Source: Lepidodermella squamata (taxonomy: Eukaryota > Animalia > Gastrotricha). From it: 64,000 bases of DNA. This document shows, piece by piece, positions 1 to 12,797 of this stretch. The stretch spans positions 682,001 through 746,000 of the forward strand of contig JBLDXI010000064.1 of the NCBI GenBank assembly GCA_047495785.1, read 5' to 3'. Under the pieces are notes generated by a model. It searched no databases and had not been told where the DNA came from. It saw only the letters and a program-made list of their open reading frames with translations. The translations under genes and the position numbers were made by a program. How positions within the stretch are numbered: the first letter of the stretch is position 1; each line of letters opens with the position of its first letter.

Positions 1-2
1 AT

Positions 3-209
3 GTTGATCTCGGGCCGCGATTCGCCTCTGGCAACCTCATAAAGTACGGCCACGTGTGTTTGCTGGTCGAGATGGTTGTTTCATCAGTGATCAGATCGCT
101 GAAACTAGGATTCACCCGCAACTTGCCGTGGCTTGGCTCTTCTCGTCGCATCAAAGTCGCGCCGTCAAGTGGCAACAGCAGCAGTACTCAAACCGCGATA
201 GTTCGGTGA
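3..209 (+). CDS. 7TM receptor family copy B1, last exon only (gene starts before the window)
   Basis: Frame from 3 reads VDLGPRFASGNLIKYGHVCLLVEMVVSSVIRSLKLGFTRNLPW... with TGA at 207-209; clearly paralogous to the last exons at 24422-24845 and 59594-60014. Confidence 0.8.
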   Translation, partial: VDLGPRFASGNLIKYGHVCLLVEMVVSSVIRSLKLGFTRNLPWLGSSRRIKVAPSSGNSSSTQTAIVR

Positions 210-1252
210 ATGATTCGATTTGATAGCCATGAAAATTCTGAATTCTATGCTGTTTAAAGTTTGAGCCGTGCAATAGAATGTAAGATAGATTTGATTGGTT
301 GTTACAATAGCTTAAATCTTTAAAGTTTGCGTACGTATTCGATATTTCCCTACTGTCTGTTAAATAAGTACACTTTTTCTGTCATTTGACATTTCTACTC
401 TCCTTTCAACTCTCAGTCTTGAAGAAATGACGTTTTGGGTACTGGTTGCATGAAGCAGCCTCGCTAATACAATTAGTATATATTTAGCCACTGCGAATAT
501 TTCAGCATTTGTGCCGACAGCAAATAACTTCAAGACGAATGAATTTCAATTCCTCCCACAGAATTTTTTTAATAACCCAGTGCGGCCAAGGTAGCAGTAT
601 TGTCGTAGCTAGATCACTAAAATTGTGGGATCACTCTGGTGTTCGCCATTGATTGAAATAAACAAAAAACGATGCATAAACCATTCGACATGCGCAACTG
701 TGTATCGATTTTAAGTGCGTGTATACACCCTGGTTTCGGTTGACGCAGCGTAACTGTAGCGTTCAAGGTAAAACCATTGGCGGCGGCGCGATGAATTTCT
801 CGCGTTTCGTTTCTGCTCGGCCTATAGAATCGGAATAAGGGAATACTCTATGGCTTTTGTCTTTTGTCTATTTAATAATGCAGAAAGTAACAAATATCAA
901 ATTACTGTGAGTTATCATCCAAGTTAAAAATTCTGAGCAACAACTATTTTATGAGGTATTTATTGAGCATAGTTTTTAATGATGCATCGTCCTATTTTCC
1001 GTCAGGGCTCGCAAAATATCTTCTGGAAAACTTTCTGGAAAGTTTCCAATGCCGTCTGACTGAAAACGCGAGACTATTCGTAACGCATGTTTCAGGTTTT
1101 TGCGGAATTCGCCGTTCAAGCACTCAAAACGTTTCCGTTGATGCTTTTGCACGCAGTAATCTGAGCGTGCGAGGATATGGTTTTAGTCCCCGTTAGTGAC
1201 ATTTTCGAGTGCTTCCTGTGTTTTTACAGTTCAACAAGCGTCTCTCCAGGAT

Positions 1253-1355
1253 CACGCGAAGTAGACGAGGAAAGCCGCTAGCGACTGCTTGGCGATGAAC
1301 AACTCTTTACGATACCACTTGTCTTCCATTGAAGTGACGCCTCGCAATCTCAAAC
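1253..1355 (-). repeat. 103-bp inverted copy of receptor exon-2 sequence inserted upstream of copy A1
   Basis: Exact reverse complement of 22143-22245 and 3 mismatches to 2599-2701; absent from the homologous upstream region near 26290-26330. Confidence 0.9.
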
Positions 1356-1467
1356 TGTATTTCAACAATCCCCCGCCTTCAACAACCGTCTCTCTATATC
1401 TATAAGTTGCAATAAACAGCAGGCGATGGATTTTGCTAGCTAGCGCCTCAATTTTCGCCACCCGAGC

Positions 1468-2930
1468 ATGTCAGTGCCGATGAATGCAAGCGTGCTGCAC
1501 GGCGGATCGTGGATAGTCACCGATCTGCCGGACCATGGGTTTGATGGACCAAGGCCGTATTTCGTGGGGTGGGCGCACGATCTTAGAACTCGGTCAATGG
1601 CAGATCGCCTGCCTTATACGATCGTAAGCGGCGTGTTATCAATTGTTGCCATTATCGCTAGCCTGGCGAATGTCGCCGTTTATTACCGGCGCAACGTAAA
1701 TCGCGACGTTTTGCTGCTGAACTGCATCGCCGCGTTGAGAAACATATGCTATGTTGCCACCTGGATGTATGCGTTGCTGGTGCTTCTGCCGACCGGCTAC
1801 TGGGAGGCGAGCGACGTCGCATGTCAGCTCACATTTTGGCTCATTGCTTTCTTTGGCAGTTACGGCATGTTTCTAAATCTGCACATCAGCTACGAGCGGC
1901 GAGTGTGCGTCACCTTGAACAGCATCCATCGATCTAGCCCTCTCAAGGTATGACCTACTATTAGTGAGATATGAAAGTGCGTACTCGGGATTCAGTGGGC
2001 TTATATCGGGTAGGTTGATATATCGGAAGGGTCAGGGATATAATCCCCCGCAGTTCAGCCCTTCTCAGTTAGGAGTTCTAAAGGATTTTGAGCACGTGTT
2101 TGGGGGAATTAATCAATTCTCGCTCCCAGGCTGCGAAGTACATGGGTGCTGCCGGTGCCCGCACCTAGTTCAGGGATTCCGCTTATCGGTGATAAAACCA
2201 GTTTCTCTAATGGAGACCCCCACTTAATCGCCTACATCTTACCGTACTTCGCCATATTTTTCTTGTTAAATGATTATCAAATCCTGATTTCGATGATATT
2301 TTTATGTAGCTGGTCGCGATGGCATCAGGCATGGCAGTATTTAGCGCGCTATCTTGTGCCATCATGTCATTCGCCCCGTTTCCAGTGATGAGCGTTCAAC
2401 AGTTGACGCTAATCAGCAACAAAAACAGCAGCAGCAATACGAATCCTGTACGTATATGCGGGTTTTTCGCCAGCCGCCTCGCCGGACCAGTCGACAGCCT
2501 GATCGTAGGAGTAGCTCTTTTCATGTTCTATTCACAGACTGCGTGCATCGGCCTGGCTTATAACTATTGGAAAGTTTTTAGAACTATCCGAGCCGCTCGT
2601 TTGAGATTGCGAGGCGGCACTTCAATGGAAGACAAGTGGTATCGTAAAGAGTTGTTCATTGCCAAGCAGTCGCTGGCGGCTTTCCTCGTCTACTTCGCGT
2701 GCCACGTGCCGCTGGCTGCGGAACTCGTCATGTCACTGTTTTACCGCGAAGTTGGCCCTAGGCACGCAAGCGGCGATTTGCTCAAGTACGGCCAAATTTG
2801 TCTGATACTCGAAATAATTCTGTCGGCGCTTATTAGAACCCTGAAGCCAGGATTCCATGATCGCTGTCCCGTTCGGTTCGGTGCATTTGCTCTGCTTAAA
2901 TCAGCGAGACTGCGCATCAGCCCAGCTTAG
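1468..2930 (+). CDS. Rhodopsin-like 7TM receptor copy A1, 2 exons: join(1468..1947,2310..2930), 366 aa, apparently intact
   Basis: GT at 1948, AG at 2308-2309, phase 0. Multiple hydrophobic helices; WEASDVAC (ECL1 and TM3 Cys), ISYERR (DRY-like), ECL2 RICG, TM6 FLVYFACHVP. Confidence 0.8.
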
Positions 2931-3440
2931 AATATTCATAAATAGCCAATCGTGTATTTTATTTGAAAAATGTTTCTTGTATTGGCCATGGTGTATACGT
3001 AGCGTAGTTTCTCATAACGCTGCAAAAATTCCGAGCGCTACGATTTTAAGAAAATGTCGAGGCTTCTTTAAATCATTCAAGCCGGAGAGCTTTTTCCGGT
3101 TTAAAGGCGAACGATTTTACATCAGGGTTCGCCAGGTCTAGGCGGCTCTCGTTCTTGCTGTGGGCACATTTGGCGACACCGGTGGCCTCTGACAATGAAG
3201 CGCTCAGCGTGTAAACCTGCTCGCCCGTCGGTTCATATCCAACACCCTGCTTCAGGGATCACAACATCAACACCACTACGCTTTCACAAGCTTATATTAC
3301 ATTATACTTCCGTTTTGCAGGTTAAAGGTCACACGTGCCCACGTGATCAAAGCGTGTGATCAAAACGCTAAAATTTTAAGTTGTTGCTAGTGCGGTAGTT
3401 TCGTCATTTCGTCACTATGAAGAAAAAATAAAAAAAAGTT

Positions 3441-3505
3441 GTGAGCTGGAGTCGAACTATCAACCTCTGGTATCCTGAGCTATAGCTTGAACCACTAAAC
3501 CACAC
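3441..3505 (-). repeat. tRNA-derived (SINE-like) head with pol III A/B boxes
   Basis: Minus strand reads TGGTTTAGTGG ... AGTTCGACTCC followed by a T-rich run; no convincing full cloverleaf. Confidence 0.4.
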
Positions 3506-4125
3506 AGGAGACACATGGAAGCCGCGTTAGAATCAATTGATACAAGTCACTGTTTAAGCATACTTCAACAAAATAGATGCACACGATTATAAGATAACTT
3601 CCTTGCTCAGAGGTTCCACAACGAAACATTTCTCATCGTTCAATTTCACTTGTGCGCCATTCGACTTTCTAATCAAGCTATGCAAAATGTCTCAAAGCCC
3701 GGAACCCACGCCTCCTCCCCTTCCACGTTGTGTCGGAATTACCGGTATGTGAGGTATGTCGAATAAATGATTCAAAGCATCAATTGGATACTTCAGTACA
3801 TCTCATGAAATAGATAGCATGTGCAGCTGTATAGAACGGAAACGGAAAGCGTGTAAAAAGCTACACTTTCCACCTTGTCTCCTTGGAACAAATTCAAATT
3901 GTTGTCAATTGAAGACATGCTAAAATCTCGGAATCATTGATGTTTCTTGATGGGTCGTGGTTCAGAATTACCACTAATTAGGATTAACTCGATTAGATGC
4001 GAGATGAGGCATCTACTCAAGTTAGAGCGAGGTGAGATGAGTGAGGAATTGAGGGGTGAAGCGAGTCTCAGCGTTCGAGGTTCGAGCGTATAGGAAACTG
4101 TTAGTACTTGTACAACAATCGCAAT

Positions 4126-5196
4126 CAGAGAGCGAAGTACCGCTAGGGATGGTAGGGATCCCTAGGGATTTGCAAAAACTGTCCTCAACCTACCTAAAAG
4201 TACTAGAAACGAGCTTGTAGCTCGCGAATTTTACATCGAACCCCCTAAAATAATACTGCTCATAGCAGCCCTAAAATACTATTTTTCCCTAAAATTTCGT
4301 AAAAATAACAACCACTTACAGGAAACATTCACTATTCTTGAAAATAACAACACGCTGTGCCGCCACATCTACAAAAATCTCCGGGATGAAACTGCCAAAG
4401 ACAATTTCGATCATATATTTGACGCCCCGAGTTACTTGGTTCCTGAATTGATTGAGAATTCAGAGATAAAACAAACATTTTTTGAAAAATTGAACTCCTT
4501 CTACACTAATCAAAATTTGTTTGTCGAACAGCGGCTCTCAAGATGGATAGAATATTTTGACGTTATTGATATCACGGAGGCACAAACTTTGGCCAAAATT
4601 CGTACAAATTCTATTTTTAAGCCATTTCAATATGTTCTGGGTGAAATGAAATGCATTTTTTGCGGACAAGAAACGCTTCAATCTGTAAACCTATTAACTC
4701 ATCTAATCTTTGACTGCGCTGCTACAATTAACTGTACATATAATTACAGAAACAAATCTGATTTCGATAAAACTGTACTCCTGAATGCTTTGTGTAACTG
4801 TGAAAGTCCGAATAGCGTCAACTTAGCCACTTTACTCAAATTAACTCTAAAATGGAGGAATGACTATAAAAATCGTGCCTATCCTGTTTTGCCGAATAAT
4901 AATAACAATTGATGATAAATGATAGAAAAATAATAACTCTAGTGCTATCCTACCGTTTTCTTAACCGCGATACTAACTACCACTATATATATGATTGGTG
5001 CCCTCGGGCTGGCATTTAACAACTTGTGAACGGATTTTTTCTAATAAAACAAAGGAAAATTGAAAAAAAAAATTGGTAGGGATCATCCCTACCAGTTCCA
5101 TCGGTCCGTACGGTGAGCTCATCTAAGACCAAAGGGGGGACCCTTATGTCGATTTTTGTGATCCCTGGCAGTTCCGCGGTCCTACTTCGCTCTGTG
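4126..5196. mobile_element. Non-autonomous hAT-like TIR element carrying a LINE 3' fragment
   Basis: TIRs CAGAGAGCGAAGTA (4126-4139) and TACTTCGCTCTGTG (5183-5196), 1 mismatch; 8-bp TSD ATCGCAAT at 4118-4125 and 5197-5204. Confidence 0.75.
4310..5072 (+). mobile_element. 5'-truncated L1/Tx1-like LINE 3' end (C-terminal CCHC finger, polyA signal, A tail)
   Basis: ORF 4436-4912 contains CIFC...THLIFDC, resembling the LINE ORF2 zinc finger; AATAAA near 5043 is followed by an A run to about 5072. Left boundary approximate. Confidence 0.55.
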
Positions 5197-5204
5197 ATCG
5201 CAAT

Positions 5205-5771
5205 AAATCGATAAAAAAGCGAACGTTCCGAAATAGACTGAATGTTATATTCATGCGTTGGCTGAGGACGATCCTCGGATTGTTCTTGACAGACTATACT
5301 CCGAATATCGATATTAGGCTTATCTGTGACGTCATGGAACTGAGTCGCACGATAGAGAAACTAAGGTTGAAATACTTAGGACATATTATCCGTCAGGACG
5401 AATATGACACTGAAAGTCTTGTGAGCAAAATTTATTACTGGAAAGCGGTCGACCCAAGCTGGTTCTTCCCACGGGGAAGACCGCCAACCAGGTGGGTAAA
5501 TTGTGTTGGACGAAGTTTGATAAAAATTGGTATTGTAGAGCACCGCATCATAAGGATACAAAATCCAAATGAACCGAAAAAACGGGGAAGGCCCAGGAAA
5601 TCGACCTTAAACTTGCGACGCACCAAAATCAAAATAATAGCTGATTGGGAATTAGCTGAAATCACAGCCAGAAATCGAGATGAATGGCAGATGGCTTGCC
5701 TAACTATAGAAAATTATGAATTTTATAATAAAAGCAGACTGTTCGCGACTGATCCCTCGGACTCGAGCTGA
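5205..5771 (+). mobile_element. RTE-like LINE reverse transcriptase C-terminal fragment
   Basis: MRWLRTILG...IEKLRLKYLGHIIR...PRGRPPTRW matches the typical post-RT tail of RTE-clade ORF2. Confidence 0.7.
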
Positions 5772-7062
5772 TCGCCCGTCGCCGTCCCCAAAACCCGCAT
5801 GGGTATTTGGAATTGTTGCACTTTTTGTTGTACATTGTTCCAACCGGAGGACGAAAAATAAAACAATTTCATTTGTGGTCATTTGTGGTCGTTCCGAAAT
5901 GCGGGAGCAGTCAGATTCATAATTCCGTACAACGATGGAAGGAAACAAACGAACTTGTGCACGTACGAAGAGGCGAGGCAGAAGTACCGGGCGTGTCAGA
6001 GAAACACCAGTCTCGGAGAAATCATTTCCGATTAAAGAAAAAACTCACCCGGAAGGATTGCGTACATTCATGTCTGTCGATTCTCTAAGTCTGTTACGGA
6101 CATTCTTCTTTTGTGTCTAACCTTTCAACGCCTTTTTCTGGCCTCGCAAGACTAAGGAAAACTATGGAATCGTCTTACTTTCCGTTAGGGATGGCGCAAT
6201 TTTCCCCGATAAACTTGTTATTCAACGCCGCCCAATTGAAACGCGAGACAATTCGTACGCCAGTCCCCGCCAGGCTACCGCGGAAAATGACATTCATGAA
6301 CCCAACACGTTTCCGTTGCCATTTCTGCCTGCAGGAATTGAAGCGTGCGAGGATATGATGTCTCCCGTTGGGGACATTTTCGAGTGCTTCCTGTGTTTTT
6401 TAGAATCGTCTCCCCGCCCTCAGCAACCGTCTCTTGACAGTTTCAAGCTCACTAATATCGACCAACTAGTAGTTTTGCAACAAACTGCAGACGATGAATC
6501 TCGCTAGCTAAAGACCCGATTTTTGCCACTGCAACATGTCAATTTCATTGAATGCAAGCGTGCTGCAGGGCGGGTCGTGGATAGTCGCAGATGTGCCAGA
6601 CCTCGGTTTCGACGGACCGCGGCCGTATTTCGTAGGATGGGCCCACGACCTGCGAACCCAGTCAATGGAAGAACGCCTGCCTTACGTGATTCTAACCGGC
6701 GTGTTAGCAGTTGTCGGCATTATCGCTAGCCTGGCGAATGTCGTCATTTACTACCGGCGCAGCGTGAATCGTGACTTTTTCCTCCTGAACTGCATGATCG
6801 CTGCTAGGAACTTGTGCTTCGTTGCCAACTGGATGTATGCGCTGCTGGTGACCCCGCCGACCGGCTACTGGGAGGCGAGCGATGTCGCCTGCCAGCTTAC
6901 ATTTTGGCTCAGTTCCTTTATTGGCAGTTACGGCATGCTTCTTAATCTACACATCAGCTACGAGCGGCGCGTTTGCGTCGCCTCGAACAGCATCTATCGA
7001 TCTAACACTCCAAAGGTATGACCTATTGCTGCTAGTGCATCGTTATAGCATCGATTTGCAAT

Positions 7063-7125
7063 GTCGTGGCGTAGTGGTTGAAGAGGTTGATACTTCTTTG
7101 AATCACGATGGTTCAATTCCATCTG
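7063..7125 (+). repeat. tRNA-derived (SINE-like) sequence in a receptor intron
   Basis: A box TGGCGTAGTGG and B box GGTTCAATTCC at tRNA-like spacing. Confidence 0.35.
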
Positions 7126-8389
7126 AACTCATCATAATTGTTTAAGATATAAAATCTGTCACCCAAGATGATTTTGCGTTTTCGCCCATTTGAGGCGCCG
7201 CAAATAAATTAAGCCGGATTCATTGTCGCGTGTAATGCGCCTCGCACGCATGCGTTAAGTGTTGCGAGCTCGCCGCTTTGCCGTGGGATCAACTGGTTAC
7301 ACGCCGGAAACGCTTTCAAGAACTCGGTCACTAAAGAACGTCAAGAACTTTCAAGATGTTCGGTCACTAAACTGTGCCGTTGAGACGCGCAGGATGTAGT
7401 TAATACCCCTATATCCTATATAAATAGGAGGTAACTTTGCTGTCCACTTCTGCCAAATGGCTAGTATATAAAGAGCTAAGAGCTATTGTAAGTAGTGATC
7501 GTTTTTATCTCAACCATCAACCATTTGCTGCAACCTATAACGTGTGGTGACATGGCCGCGTATATATATATATGTTTTCGAAATGTTAAACATCGAATTA
7601 TTTAGAGACCGTCTGACGTCTGACTGCCTATCTGACTTTCATTCCAAGACCTAGAACTAAGAATACCAATGCATTTTAAGTTGGACAAACAGTTATCCAA
7701 CCTAATTAATGTCTGATTTTCAATAATATTTTCACGCAGCTGTTCGCGATGGCATCGGGGATGGCGTCGGCGCCGTGCAGTAATGTAGCTTAACCATGAT
7801 ATACGCACATTGGAAAATAAATTTTCTTATTTTAACGAATTTTGCCTCGAAACCGGTGTCATACTGACGGCCTTGATGCGATGAGCAAGAATATATATAA
7901 TTCGAAGCACTTCGAGCGTCCAGTGCCACGTTGAAGCTGTTTGAGCGGTTTTTCAGTCGGCGTACTATTATTATTATTAGTGTGCGCATATGTATGTTGT
8001 TGTGCATGATGCGCGATTAAAGCATGGGCGGCCAGGCGACATAACTTTTATGGAAATTCGTTGTTATTTTGCGTTGCATTGTGCGTAACAGGTAGCTCCG
8101 ATAACTACAAATTTATTGAGACTTGACGTAAAATACGAGAAGAATAATAAAATTCCCCTGAAAATGTTGTTCTCAAGTGCCTGCTATCTAAGATTTTCTT
8201 CACCGTTCATTATCGTTGACCAGAAGCCGCTCAAAGACACAACAACAACAACGCATTTTTTCATTAAAACACTACAAAAAATTTATTTCAATTTCTGCAC
8301 AATAACAATAATAATATCATTGAAAACATTAAAACAAGAGGTAAAACTATATATTATATATATTACGAGGATAACACCAATACCAAAAT

Positions 8390-8650
8390 TCAAAGCCTGT
8401 CGACAAGCTCTTCTTCGTCTGCCATATCCACGTCATCGGCTGTCCATTCGTTGTCTTTATATTTTTCTCGAATCAGGGCTAGCCGATTTTCATATGCCCG
8501 GCGTTTCTCCTCTGAAGAAATGTCACATGGTAGAGCATTGAAGTAATCAAGCATTCGCGGTGGAATAACACCATCCGCAATCCAAGACAGCAAATCCATC
8601 TTTTTATCAAACGTGAGGTTTCGCGGCCCAGTACACTTTTTCAGGTTTAG
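8390..8650 (-). pseudogene. Remnant resembling the C-terminus of Sola-type transposases
   Basis: NLTFDKKMDLLSWIADGVIPPRMLDYFNAL resembles the K..DL...IP....FY..L tail recalled for Sola1-like transposases; it lies just inside the left TIR and upstream frames contain stops. Confidence 0.35.
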
Positions 8651-9830
8651 CTGTCATGATAAAATAACAAATAAAATAACGAGCAGAGAAGGCAAGTTAG
8701 GTATTATTATCTACCTACCGTTATCATAACCAAATGGACCTTTATTCTTCACAGGAGTGAGGTGTACATGAAACTGTCATCAAGGAATCAAACACTACTG
8801 AGTCAGCTACTGATGAGGGTGGACTCGTAGGTAGCGCGGTATGCAACTGTCATCAAGTTATCAAACATTACTGATCGGCTACTGATTGGAGCCTGGAACC
8901 GAGCAGCGGCTGCTACATGCTAACTCAATGTACACCTTGCTGTTATCAAGTGCTTGTAATTAACGATGTGTAAGCCGAATAAAAGAAACAAATGTGAACT
9001 CGACAAAGTCTTTTGTTGTATCTGGTCAGATTTGGAGTTTATATTGTTTATTCTTATTGTCAGTATTATTTGCAGCTATCACTAGTATGGGATCGTTACG
9101 GTTTGCAACTTCATTTCTGTTGCTTTACTTTTATGTTACACCCATTATCACGGGGTCATGTACGACGTGTTGTTCCACGATGGGTTGCCTAAACTCGTCG
9201 ATGGCAGTATTTTGCATCACACTGAACCGGACGCAGTTAGCCTTTTGTTTCAGGGTTTTTTCGAAATCATTGCTGACATTGTTCACTTCCTGCTCAAGTT
9301 TTTGAAGTTCAAGTTAGCGATGCTTCTAGCAAGCCTAGTGATCCTTTTTGCATGACGTCTCAGTGTCAGAGCCACCACATGTGGTTGTTTAGCAGCCCTC
9401 TGCATCGGCTTTCCATCGCTTATGTTTCTGATCATTTTTCGAATTTACCTGATGCTCGTAATCGTGTGTTTGCTGCTGCTGGGTATCTACGCCTATCGGA
9501 GAACTAAGTCGCAGATTTACGGATTTTCTAGTAACTACCGCAAGTGCTTTTACGGTAAAACTAACGCCGCGTGCGGTAAAAATTTACATACGCGGCGGCG
9601 TTCATTATACCGCACAGGCATTGAGGTGATCTTGTTTGCTTGCTGCGGTAAAATAATTACCGTCAAATGGAGAGTTATACCGAAACGCTAGCGAGCTATT
9701 ATTCTGCTTCTGAAGCTATCATTCGTAACCAGTCATAAGGTTTTACACCCAAGTGTTTGCTTAGTCCAGGATAACAACGTCTATGTCTTAGAAAACTTTC
9801 ATTTTTGCCAACCAACTCCCTAACTAACAG

Positions 9831-12748
9831 TTCATGATTGGAACTTCCATCATCGAGTTCTCTTGTTAGCTAATGATGTTGAGATGAACCCCGGCCCTCA
9901 GGTTTTATCCGTGGCCGAAGTTCCCAACTACGCCGGTCCGGCAATATCTGTAGGCCATCATTTTACAAACTTGAAAGAAATAGAAGCGCAACTCAACTCT
10001 TTTTCCGAACAAAATCTTTTCGGCTTGATTATGCCTCAAAGCATCAAAAAGCAGGCCTACAACAATAAGGTTTGATTTCAATAGCCAAATTTAGACAAAC
10101 TCAGGTTTATTTAAATAACTTTTAGAACAAAGGAAAAAAGAATTTTAGCCCATTGGGCGATTCTGTTCCAGGCGACACCGTTGTTGAGCGGAACTACGCT
10201 TGTTGGTGCTCTGGAAAGCACAGAGACGAGGGCGGCGAGCAGCTGACCCGATCCAAAAAGAAGGGCTGTCCCTTCAGCGTTATTGTCAAGCACGCCAGCG
10301 TCACGGGCAGTGACGGAGATGGCTATACTGTGACCGCGCGAAACATGGAGCACAACCATGAGCGTACCGAACAGGACTACAATCGTCGAACAGCAGCCTT
10401 GTCGAAAGGGTCGAAGGCAGACCGTGCTATCGCTGAAGCTGCCATCGACGGGCATCAGAAACCAGCCGCTACAGCGAGAATGCTTCGAAAACTTTCTGCT
10501 CGTCAGCCTACTAGGAAAGACATCCAGAATTTCTCTGACCAGCTAAGAAGTTAGTTGAACTCACTTTTTTGATCAAGTATTGAATTACAATTTTGTCCAT
10601 TTCTAGGGAAAAACGGATTGAATGATCCCGAAGACCGACTGTGGGCGACATTGCAACGTTTTCAGAACTATCTCGTGCTTGTCGACGACGAAACCAACGA
10701 CGTCATCGCGATTTGCACTCAGACAAGAAGGCAGCAGAAGCTGGCAAACTTGCATCCCGAAGTTTTGCATATTGATGGTTTGTTAACACCTAAATTTGAG
10801 AAAATAATAATTAAATTCAAATAATTCATCAAATTAATTGAAATTTCACCTTTTGTTCTTCATCAGGCACGTACAAGGTGAACGACCGCAAAATGCCGCT
10901 AATCACGTTCATGGTGACGGACAACCACGGCACGGGCCAAGCCGTTTTCCACGCTCTAATTGTTCACGAAACGCGCGACGTTTTCGACCAGACGTTCGCC
11001 GTGTTCTTCGAATGGAACCCATTAGTTAAGCCAAAAATTAAAACTGTTATGCTAGATAAGGACAAACAAGCAATTGATGCAATTAGTTCACACGTTGATC
11101 TTAATATCACTCGCATTTTACTGTGTCGCTTTCACGTCATGCAAGCTTGGGGCAAAAAACTTACGAAGAGCAAAGTTAACAGCTCAGTAGCGAAAAAATT
11201 CATCGATCTCGCGCAACAAATGCTCTATGCTATGGATGAGTCTGACTATGAGAAATTGTTTGCTACTGCTAAGGACGTGATGGCTGAATCTCTCTATGAT
11301 TATTTTATAAAAAATTGGCAAGACGATCGAACTATGTGGGCAAGTTATGCAAGGATTGGCGTTTGTCATCTGAATGATCACACAAATAATAGGCTAGAAC
11401 GATTCCACCGCACCATTAAAGCCTGTCTGATTTCCGCTAATTACTCCGTCGGATCGCTTCTCAAAGCTTTGTTCGAAATTGATGTTGAAAGAAGTATAAT
11501 TAGCAGGAATGAGGCAATGAAATGCCGAAATGACACACCTACTTGGTTTGAACGATATGGTATTCCCATCGAGTATGCAAAACTTACCGACTTCGCTTTA
11601 AAAAATCTACTGAAAAAAGAATTAGAGCTCTCAAAAAATCGAGAAGTAGTCTGTTTACATGATGAGATATATGAAGTTAAGAATCGCAATGGCTGTAAGA
11701 CTTTCTCCGTTAATATGCACGATGAGACTTGCTCGTGTGGAATCCCAGCATCATCTTTGATGCCCTGTCGCCACTTGATTGCTGTTAAACTATTTCTCAA
11801 ATTATCTATATGGCTGCCTCTTGCTACATCTCGCCGCTGGCTTAGCAACTACGACGATCATGAAGGCATATGCAATTCTGTCGATTCCGATAGCGGAGAT
11901 TCTGATTTTTTTAAGCTAGTTTTACTCTTGAAAGATGTTGGAAAAGCCATTTTTTACAGGTGTAGCAATACCGAGGAAGTCAACCGTGCTTTAGATTTGA
12001 TCGTAGACATGAAATCCTTCGTAGCTTCAAATGATAATTCTTTTCAGCTTATGAGACAGCTTTTTTCCGAATCTCAGCCTACCTCAGGGTCCGCGCTTGT
12101 AGCAACAGCTCAACCGATTGACTTGCCACCTGAACCTCGTACTGATCCGCCATCTGAAACGCCATCTGAACCGCCAACTGAACCGAACATCGTTGCTAAA
12201 CCGACAGACTCACAATCGGTACATCGAACGTCATACTTGCTGTCTGCTTTTTCTAACTCTTTTTAATACCACAGTCGAAGGGTGTTCGGAGGATCGCGGG
12301 CAAGATGGGCAATTTACCACCACGCATTACTCGAGGCAAAGAAGGACCGTTTGACCCCGAGGTGCCAATTTTGATACGCACGAATTCATCCAACCATTGC
12401 TACAGAATAGCCTACAGCCACCTCCACTACTTGAGCCTGAGACCAACTGATGATGAAACTGAGTCGCTTTTCTACATGGGGCCTAACGAACGATTCCGCA
12501 TTGCAAACGATATGCCATTGAATGAACAACCAGTTCAACAAGTTCAACCAGTTCGACCAGTTCAAGTCCAAGCAACTGTCAACCAGCAGCAAGCAATACC
12601 GCTGGCGACTGTGCCTGAGCAAATGATCGTAGATGCAGTTGAGTCTTCGCAATTCATTGGCACTCACACTCACACACACACACACAACACGCTAACACAC
12701 AGAACAAGACTACACAAAAAGTATTTCATCCATCTCACACAATTGTAA
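9831..12748 (+). CDS. MULE-family DDE transposase with SWIM finger; exons about 9831..10069, 10126..10549, 10607..10777, 10867..12218, 12275..12748
   Basis: Splicing restores LHIDGTYKVNDRKMPL (D1), VMLDKD (D2), LCRFHVMQAW (CxxH), TNNRLERFH (E) and SWIM CSCGIPASSLMPCRHL, with an N-terminal FAR1/WRKY-like C..C..HNH. All junctions are GT-AG and in phase. The 5'-most exon and true C-terminus are uncertain. Confidence 0.85.
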
Positions 12749-12797
12749 ACGCACGCCAAAACACTGCACCTCAGTCTACTTCAAACGCCAACATGAC

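Noticed and set aside
1468-2930. Opsin identity for the receptor family
   Set aside because: No Lys at the retinal-binding position in mid-TM7 and no NPxxY; the Lys in GDLLKY lies before the helix and is not kept in all copies.
3441-3505. Functional tRNA gene
   Set aside because: A/B boxes are present, but no convincing acceptor or anticodon stems could be built.
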